Translations under genes and position numbers: made by a program
In this document: in pieces, positions 13,695 through 22,111 of the stretch
How the letters are laid out: every line of letters starts with the position of its first letter
How positions within the stretch are numbered: the first letter of the stretch is position 1
Notes under the pieces: model-generated
Database searches by the model: none
What the model saw: only the letters and a program-made list of their open reading frames with translations
What the model was told of the DNA's origin: nothing
NCBI RefSeq assembly: GCF_001447785.1
Contig: NW_015161961.1
Location: 1,059,833-1,123,832, forward strand
Origin: Gekko japonicus
Taxonomy: Eukaryota
Direction: 5' to 3'
Length of the DNA: 64,000 nt

Positions 13695-14130
13695 GGCCCC
13701 GGTCACACGGGAGGTTTTGGCCTGGAAGAAGGATGGATCGGGGGTGCAGCAAACGGGCGTGAGCACACTGCAACACCTGGGAATCGGCGCACACCAGTCC
13801 CTGATCTGTCCCTTCAGGCCTAAACCACGCAGTAAAAAAAGCCAACAAAAAGGTAGCACCAACCAGAAACAAGCGCGGCCATCGGATCGCCGGAGCGCCC
13901 ATCTTCAGGAGCATTCAAGGCTCCCAGCCGAACTGCGCATGCGCACACATGTGCAGCCGGCTGCCTCGCACTCCCTTCCGTGTCTTTCCCCCCGGCATCT
14001 GATCGTGCCAGGGAGCAACTGTGCGGCGGCTCATGGGATCTTTCTGATCCCGCCCCTGCGTGTCTCTTTTGGTGTGGCTTTAAAAAGCCGCACTTTGGCC
14101 GCATCAATTCCCCCCCATGTGGCAGGGGCC
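13695..14130. mobile_element. Non-autonomous DNA transposon, PIF/Harbinger-like, copy 1
   Basis: TIRs GGCCCCGGTCACACGGG / CCCATGTGGCAGGGGCC, 3-bp TSD AGC; second copy at 41171-41601. Confidence 0.7.
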
Positions 14131-14184
14131 AGCGGAAGGCATAGTCCCACCCCATACACTTCAGGACTGGGATACCTCTCACTA

Positions 14185-14574
14185 GGTGTTAGCAGGCAAG
14201 GCAGTGATAGCTCTGGGATGGAAAGATAATAGTAAATGGACAATAGATACCTGGACCACATTTGATTAGTTTAAATATTTGGTTGAATTTGTGCAGTCGG
14301 ACATCATCGAGAAGTTGTGCCAGAAGACCACATGGGAGGATAAAGCCGAAGTAATTAAAACTAGATGGAAGATCTATTTAAAGTGGATAACATCAGAAGG
14401 AAGACAGGACATTTGGTGGAAGATTCAGACTTTGTGCCCGTGGCTGTGAATGAAGGACCAACAAACAAGGGGTAGAGGGAGGGAGGGGGGAATTTAACGA
14501 TTATGTAAAGCAAGGAGACAAAAGATATGATGAAATATATAGAAAACTTACAAAAATAAACGTATTAAAAAAAA
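14185..14574 (+). mobile_element. 5'-truncated L1 3' end (ORF2 C-terminus, 3'UTR, polyA)
   Basis: 16-bp TSD GGGATACCTCTCACTA (14169-14184, 14575-14590); VLAGKAVIALGWK..KTRWKIYLKW resembles the L1 ORF2 end; AATAAA plus A tail. Confidence 0.8.
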
Positions 14575-15202
14575 GGGATACCTCTCACTAATATGTAATC
14601 CTAGTGATGACAGCTTGCAGGCAATCAAGAGAGCCCAGAGCCTTTCTCCTCCCCCTCAGGAACACTGTGTTCTCTCTATGCCCTTATTTAAAAACAAAAC
14701 AGAACACTGGCTGCCTTGTAAAACTGAAACCAATAGAGGGCAGAGACTGCAATAATGAAAGAAACCAGAACAAAACAAAAACAAAGCTTTTTTTAAAAAA
14801 ATGTAGGCTGTTTAGAAAGGGGAATTTGTTTCATTTCCATATTGTAAAAATTATGAAAAAAACAATTTTTCATAATTATTATATAAAAAAAGAAATGTGC
14901 AAATCCAGCTAGTAAGCCAGTTTGATCTCAATAAATTATTTTTTGGGGGGGGCTTTTACCCCAAGGAAGAGCAAGCCTCAGAGGCCATTGGGCCAGCTAG
15001 CTTGCCATGATGATCTCCAGTACTGCCATGCTGAATTCATTTGGGCACAAAAGCATCACCTCTGTATCAGGCCAAAGAAATGCCAAGAGACACAAAAAGC
15101 AGCTCCTTTATAGCTGAATAGAGCAGAAAAGTATTGGACACATGAAGCTGCCTTATATTGAGTCAGACCATTGGTCTATCAGGGTCAATATTGTTTACTC
15201 TG

Positions 15203-15620
15203 CCTTTACCTGCCTGATCTCATCAGATCACAGAAACTAAGCAGGGCAGACCCTGGCAAGTACTTGGATGGGAGACCTCCAAGGAATACCAGGGCTTGGA
15301 ACACAGAGGCAGACAATAGGAATCCACCTCTCTGAAATGTCCAAGCCCCACTAGGGGTCGCCAGAAGTCAACCATGACTTCCAGGCAGGGCTCTTTTTGT
15401 AGCAGGAACTCCTTTACATATTAGGCCACACCCCCTAATGTAGCCAATCCTCCAAGAGCTTACAGAGCTCTTCTTACAGGAGCTACTGTAAGCTCTTGGA
15501 GGATTGGCTACATTAGGGGGGTGTCGCTTAATATGCAAATGAGTACCTGCTACAAAAAGAGCCCTGCCAGGCACACGCGGAAGGACACACACACACACAA
15601 ATGCTCACTTTAAAAAAAAG
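15203..15620 (+). mobile_element. 5S rRNA-derived SINE
   Basis: CCTGATCTCATCAGATCACAGAAACTAAGCAGGG..AGTACTTGGATGGGAGACC..GGAATACC matches 5S rRNA; TSD TATTGTTTACTCTG (15189-15202, 15621-15634); (CA)n/A tail. Confidence 0.85.
15386..15566. mobile_element. Palindromic MITE (~180 bp)
   Basis: TIRs CAGGGCTCTTTTTGTAGCAGG / CCTGCTACAAAAAGAGCCCTG, hairpin over nearly its full length; second copy at 50935-51114. Confidence 0.85.
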
Positions 15621-16936
15621 TATTGTTTACTCTGATTGGCAGTGGCTTTCTAGGCTCTTTCAAGTGGTCTTTCACATCAATGGATCCTTTTTTAAAACTG
15701 AAGATGATGGGGATTGAACCTGGAACCTTCTGCATGCTTTACCACTGAGCCATGGCCCCTCCAGCAATCTGCACATCAGTCTTCACTGTAGTTTTGTGCA
15801 TAGGTATGCACATCGAAGCCCACTGGTATTCAGCATGTCTTAAATTCAATGGGTTTAAACTGGCACATTTTTAAGTGCTGGTTCACAGCTTTGACTCTTA
15901 CCATCTAAACCAGATGTGGGTTTAGAACTGATTTTTTAAAAATAAAATAAAATAAAGGCAATTAAACACAATTGGGAAGGTTCCAGGGCTTGCCTTTAAC
16001 TAATTGTGCAAAGGGGTGCATTTCCCTAACATGATAGCATATAAAATTTCCAAAGCCTTCCATTAAAAAAAAGTTATGTGGAGCTGTTTGTGGTGATATA
16101 TTGAACAGCAATTTGTCTCTCTATAGCTCCCCATTGAGATGATGTATCAAGCATCTGTCAGCTTTGCTCCGAGGGCAGCTGCAGCCGTCATGTTTTAACG
16201 CCAAATTATATTTGACATTTAATTCAATATCCAGAGGAGCATAATAGGAGGAAAAAAATCACTAACTGTAGGGGTGGTAAAGCAGCAGGATACTCCATTT
16301 GCAAGAGAGGATTCACCAGCCTGCCCCCGGGCTCTGCTAACTACAACAGCATTTAATGAGAAATGTGTTGAGCATAAGTGAGGTGGGAGTTCAAAGTGTT
16401 TTGGATGCGGGCAGATTTGGGGGGCTCACCTTCCCACCATTACTCCATGTCAGAAAGCTTATTCATGAGGGAAAGAAGGGGCAGGTTGGAATCCTAAACA
16501 AAAGCAGTAAAACTGCGGCATTAAAAAAAATCATTTCTTAAAATGTGGCTTGATATACACTCCTAATGTGAGGGCTTTTCATGTCATTACACGCAGACCC
16601 AGCATGGTGTAGTCATGGTTAGAATGTTAGATTAGGATCTGGGAGACCCAGGTTCAAATCCTTACTCTGCCATCGGAACTCACTGGGTGACATTGGGCCA
16701 GTCACTGTCTCTTACCCTAACCTAATTCGCAGGGTTGTCACTGTTAGAGAATGAACTTGATATTTTGCTTTCTGGACTTATATTTATTGCTACACACAAT
16801 GGACTGTGCACACACACACACATAGGCTCAGAGAACTGTACATTTTGGGACACCTGTTGTGATGCAACACATAGAAGGTGCCTGCACAAGCCTTACACGT
16901 GTAAATAAGGTTTCAGCTATACAGTTACCAGCCTGG

Positions 16937-17253
16937 AGAAGAAGGAGAAGAAGAAGAAGAAGAAGAAGAAGAAGAAGAAGAAGAAGAAGAAGAGATTGGA
17001 TTTATACCTCGCCCTTCACTACCGAAAGGTGTCTCAGAGCGGCTTACAAACTCCTTTCCCTTCCCCTCCCCACAACAGACACCCTGTGAGGTGGGTGGGG
17101 CTGAGAGAGCTCTTGACAGAAACTGCCCTTTTTCAAGAACAGCTCCTTATCAGAGCTACGGCTTGCCCAAGGCCATCCATCCAGGTGCAAGTGGAGGAGT
17201 GGGGAATCAAACCCGGTTCTCCCGCGCACTTAACCACTACACCAAACTGGCTC
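16937..17253 (-). mobile_element. Squam3-like SINE inserted in LTR copy B
   Basis: (AGA)n tail; absent at the equivalent site of copy A (~2845). Confidence 0.85.
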
Positions 17254-17415
17254 TGAAGAAGAACAAACCTCCATTATTGTGAGCAGTAAGAAACAGCAGC
17301 TTGAGCAGAGACAGCCCCCATTGCAGAATCATTTGTGGTCACGTATGACACATCACTGCTGTGTTCCTGCATTGGTATCTCCTGCCAAATGGACATTTGG
17401 TTTACAATAAGAATG

Positions 17416-17802
17416 CAGAACAACACAAGTGGACCCAGTAATTTGTAAAGTCAATGACACAGGAAAGAATTACTGTACAAGTTCAAACTGTTAAAGACAC
17501 ATTAACAAGTCATATAAATTTCTACTTGATTTTACTATCCGAATAAATTTGCTATCCGAATAAAATGCTGTAAAAATTTGGGAGCTGCTCTCAACCAGTT
17601 TAGATAACTTGTACCTTTAATGGAAACATGAAGTAAAGAATAGTACTACAAACTGATGGTTGAAAAAGACGTTCAGTCGAAACGTTCCATCTTTAACATC
17701 CTTGGCACTGTGACTGGGCTTCTGTCTTCGGATGAAGTTCACCTAGTAAAATCAAGTAGAAATTTATATGACTTGTTAATGTGTCTTTAACAGTTTGAAC
17801 TT
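17416..17802 (+). mobile_element. Non-coding Penelope-like element fragment (pLTR plus inverted partial copy)
   Basis: TSD TTACAATAAGAATG (17402-17415, 17801-17814), empty site in copy A (~2995), perfect 59-bp inverted repeat 17479-17537/17744-17802, hammerhead motif. Confidence 0.7.
17655..17691 (+). ncRNA. Putative minimal type I hammerhead ribozyme, U3-A8 core variant
   Basis: Stem I GAUGG/CCAUC; core UUGAAAA+A; stem II GAC-GUUCA-GUC; GAAA; palindromic AACGUU with GUU cleavage triplet. Confidence 0.6.
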
Positions 17803-20714
17803 ACAATAAGAATGGCCAGCTTCGTCAAGACTACAATGGAGCATCCTGAAGCCAAGGTTTTCACACCTGCCCAGATGCCCTTCTTTGAGTAAGGTATTAG
17901 ATTTCAATATTGGCCACTCCTTATAGGTAACCACCCCTCCCTACATGCAACCAATAGGACTGTTTTTGGGACGGACTAAAAGGTAGGTGGGTCCACAGGT
18001 TGGAACAGTTACCTCCCACCTAATGGACCCACTATAAAAGGTAAGGACCATTCACCTGGCCCTTCCTAGCTAGCAACCCCCGCAACAACCCCTGTCTGCT
18101 TTTTACTCCTCTTAAGTCCCACTTGCTATCCCCACACCCTTGTCTCTACTTTGATCTCTTGATCTGCAGTCAAGAGACCCACACGTTCTGGCTGGTTCTG
18201 GTCGTGTGTGAACTCCCTTTAGTTTACATTTCTCCCCATCCATTCTTCATTGGAACAACCAAGCTGCAAGACAGATAAGTATTGCCCATCATCACCCCAC
18301 CTGCTAATGCAACTATGCTTATTTTAATACTGTAATTCTAAGGAACTTGTTTGAATGTGTGAGTGTATCAGTATTGTTTGTATGAGATATATTTTCAAGT
18401 AAAAGACATTTATTTTAAGAACAACAGCCTCATTATCCTTCTCTGGTAACCCTTGATGGGAACAGGACTTTGGTATAGTTAGCAAGGACCCATTTATAAA
18501 TTGCCAATTGCTGTAAATAAAGCAATTCGGCTAACATCTTGAGGATAAAATGGAGGAGGGGAGAAGAAAGCAAGCTGCTTTATGTACATTTTGCCTCTCT
18601 CCCCAATGGAGACCCAGAGCAGGAGAATGATGTTGTAAGCCTCTTTTGAGGAGGTAAGCAGGGTATAAATATCTAAATAAATGTTGGCCTTCCCTCTTTC
18701 GTTCATGACAAGGAATTGTTTTTATTCCAGGCATTGTCATGAAAAGAAGAGATGCATCAGAGCTGCAGAAAGTAATTTATTAGAATTCATTGTAAGAAGC
18801 ATCTGTTATAATAAAATACATGGACTGTACTGACACACATTTTTACTTTGGTTTTCACACTGTGTCCCTCATTTTAAAACTTCTTGTGTGACAACCTTGG
18901 TTGCACATCAATTTCAATGGGCACTAGGCAGTCTTATATACTAGGGGAGCCACTAATATGGTAGACAGGTTAATCAGTCACAAAACTTGGAGGGTGACTT
19001 TGAGCAAGTCATTCTCTGTTCTGAAGCCATATCACGGGGTTCTTGAACAAATGAAGTGGTCTTCCACTGAATCAGACCATTGATCTACCAGTATTGTCTA
19101 CTCCTTCACTCCACCTATTACCAGATCCTTTCAACTGGAGACACTGGGGATTGAACCTAGGACCATCTTCCTGCAAAGCAGAAGCTCTGCCACTGAGTCA
19201 CAGATGAATTTTAGCAAGGATAAAAGGAGGAGGAATATGGATTTTGCTCTTTGGAGGAAGGTGGGACAAAAATGTCATAAATAATGTGAGTAGCTGTGAA
19301 TGTCCAGATGTGGCTTCAAAGAGATGAGTGCAATTTTAATGGCTTCCTCTTAACCACCAGAAACATCTAGAATGTTGCCTCCAAGCCCAAAGGTCTGTGT
19401 CTTTTAGTGTTTATGAATTAATAGCATTAAAAATGTTGAAGCAGCCTAAGAACAGCTAGTTTTACCTGCAGAAGTGTTTACCTATTTGTAATGAATGCCT
19501 TCCTTTAATAAAAGATAACTTCCTCCTCCTGGAAACTTCCCATGAGGTTCATAAAGGACTGAACTAGCTAGGGATACTGAAAACTTCATGGCAAACTTGA
19601 TTGGCAGGCAAATATACCACTTTTGACAGCTGCAATCGCTTGCGAGATGAACACCAGATCTCTGTCTCACAGCCATCTGATTTGAGCAGTATGCTGAAGA
19701 ATGTTATGGCTGAGCGGGAGCTGTGGCGGTGGAGTTTTATTTCTTTAGCCTTACATCTGCACGGTATTTGAAATTGATTTCCTCCCAGTGTTGTGGATGC
19801 TTGGGTCAGATGATTCTAGGGAATGGAAAAACTATGACATCAATGATGCTGTTGACATCGGCAGGCTGCTGAAGATGCAAATAGATTGGCATCCATTAAT
19901 GTTGATCAGATAGACATAATAACATTAAGTACTAAGACTTTCAAAATGCAGTGCTTATATATAACTATTTTTGGTCATTTTGGTTAATTTAAGCAATTGG
20001 TGGTGATACCTAGGGGGAGGGTTAAAGTGCCCTGTGTATGTGCAGGAAGTAGCCCATTGAGCAGGCTTGACTAGCTCTCACATAACTTAAATCACCCAAT
20101 GAACAATGAATTCCTTGCCTGCAGTGTGCAGAGAAGATGTCAAGCTAACTGGTGGGTGCTTATGTGCCCCATCTTGCCCTGCCTACAGCACTGTTTTGTC
20201 CCACCTCAGCATTTACAAGACGTTTTTAAGGCATGACAGTTTCCATTAAAGAATGAGACCTTTTTTTCAGAATAGCACCAAGTGGGGGACCAGCAAGGAC
20301 TTGCAGAGGGCATATCATTTTCTCCTCCTCCACTATTTTCTCTTTGGCTTTCCTGAAAGCCCCACATACCCTCTCCATTTTCCTGCTTCTTTGTTTCCTT
20401 CCCATCCACTGGCCAATCTACCTTTGTCTGTCCCCATGTCTTCAGTTTTCCCTCCTTCTGTGCCCCTGGCATCCAATACCTGGAAAAAACTATAGTCCAG
20501 TTGTGCAGTTCTGGTTGCCAGGTTGCCAGTTTTGCAGTAGGGAACCTGCAAGGATATGAAGGGGGCACTTCATTTTCCCAGGTGTCCCATTCCCCACACT
20601 ACCTCCTCTTTCCCTCCTCCTGGACACCCTCATATCCTCAACTTTCCCGGCTTCCTTTTCGTCTTCCTACCCATCAACCAACCAACCATTTATCTGCCCC
20701 TGCTTTCAGCTATA

Positions 20715-20942
20715 TTTATTGTTGATTTACTTCATTTATTCCCCACTTTTCTCCACAATGGGGACCCAAAGCAGTATACATAATTTCCCGCTTTTTCATT
20801 TTATCCTCACAACATCCATATGAGGTAGGCTAGACTGAGTGTGTGTGACTGGTCTTCCAGTGAGCTTCCACAGTGCAGTGGGGATTCGAACCTGGTGTCC
20901 CAGATCCTAGTCTGAAACTGTAAGCATTATACTGTACTGGCT
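20715..20942 (-). mobile_element. tRNA SINE (older Squam3/MIR-like)
   Basis: GGGATTCGAACC (reverse B box), ATCCTCACAAC body, TTTA tail; relatives at ~21190, 24270, 46527 and 51815. Confidence 0.65.
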
Positions 20943-21534
20943 ATTGTAGGGTGGCTGCCATTGAACAGCAGCAAGCAGTGGGGTCTGGGTGAGTCATGCA
21001 ACTTGGGTAGTAATAAGTTGCCCTGTGGTTACTGCTGGGCTAACCCTGGTGAGCCCTCCTCCAAAAACTAAAACAGCCCTAGAAACAACCCTTTCACTTA
21101 CATAAGCCAAGGCTTGAAGGCTGTTAATACTATTGCAGTCACCTAACAAGAGCCAACCAACCTTTAACCTGCCCCTCTTCTTCAGCAATATTTATTATTT
21201 ATTTTCTTCATTTATTTTCTTCATTTATAACCCACCTTTCTCCACAATGGAGACTCACAGCAGCCTTTCCATTTGATCCTCACAACTCTGTGAGGTATGT
21301 TGGCTGATAATGTGTAACTAGCTCATGGTAACACAGTGAGCTTCCATGGCAGAGTAGGGAGTTGAACCTTGGTCTCTCAGGTTTATTGTACAAAATTTAT
21401 ACCCCACCTTTCCCTCCTCATTAGAGCCACCAAGGTGGCTAATAAATTGAAACATCTTGTATCTAATAGTGAACTGTGGGCCCATCTGCAGATTCTTAAA
21501 TCTGTGGATTGGGTCCATTTGCACAGAAGAAAGA

Positions 21535-22111
21535 TGTACTGGCTTGCAGGCTCCAAGTATTAGGTACCAGAAGTAAGGCAAAGCAATGTTGTTCTGTCCA
21601 AGGTCAAGAGTCCAGAAGTCAGGCAAAGCAGAGTCATTCAGTAAGAGGTCCAGAAGTCAGGCAAGGCAGAATCAATGGCTTAGCTTCTATCATACACATT
21701 GCATCCATGCCTAAAGCCTTTCTTGGCTGGCTTTATAGCCCCATGCCTAAGGGACATGCTTGCAACCAGTTACACAGCAGCAATCCTGCAACTACTCATC
21801 TTCGTTATCAACAAGCAGCTGACATCAGGCCAGGAGATGCATACTTCGCCATCTTGTCTGTAGCTCTTTTCTCAGCCTTCATCTGTGGTGCTCTAAGGGT
21901 GTAGGTGATACTGGTGGGCTGGGAATGGCCAATTGAGGTTCACATGCTGGAGGGTGTCAGTGGCTCTGCAGCAGCTGTTGGCTGTGAATCTTGAGAAGTC
22001 TGCAGTTCATTTTCCTGCTGGTCAGCTTCAGTTAACTCAAGGCTGGCTACACAGGGCACCTCTTCTCCTGAGGAGTCCTTGCTATTGCTGACCCCTTGCT
22101 GGCACATGACA
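21535..22111 (-). mobile_element. Probable Gypsy-type LTR remnant
   Basis: TGT...TGACA ends, internal repeat GTCCAGAAGTCAGGCAA x2, minus-strand TATAAA; no clean TSD. Confidence 0.35.

Larger units (their letters stand above)
15136..15761 (-). mobile_element. tRNA-derived SINE hosting a nested 5S-SINE
   Basis: Head near 15760 (rc GTGGCTCAGTGG-like, GGTTCAATCC); body split by an insertion with a 14-bp TSD. Confidence 0.7.
16742..18536 (+). mobile_element. ERV-like solo LTR, copy B (~1.1 kb without its two insertions)
   Basis: TGTTAG...CTAACA termini; TATAAAA near 18033; AATAAA near 18516; collinear with copy A. Confidence 0.8.
16597..18682 (+). mobile_element. tRNA SINE split by solo LTR copy B (halves 16597-16741 and 18537-18682)
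   Basis: TGGTGTAG..GGTTCAAATCC head; GGGTTGTC/..TGAGGATAAAATGG body resumes after the LTR; GGGTATAAAT tail. Confidence 0.65.

Noticed and set aside
13312-14229. 200-aa ORFs on both strands
   Set aside because: They run across GC-rich MITEs and show no protein motifs
15203-15300. Functional 5S rRNA gene
   Set aside because: 5'-truncated, mismatched, fused to a SINE tail and bounded by a TSD
16859-17089. Poly-Arg (protamine-like) ORF
   Set aside because: Translation of the (AGA)n SINE tail
17479-17802. TIR DNA transposon or miRNA hairpin
   Set aside because: The inverted repeat is not terminal on the left, the TSD is 14 bp, and the ~200-nt loop contains a hammerhead motif, which fits a Penelope-type inversion better
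2657-18536. One 16-kb provirus bounded by the two similar LTRs
   Set aside because: Copy A has its own TSD, copy B interrupts a SINE, and no PBS, PPT or gag-pol lies between them
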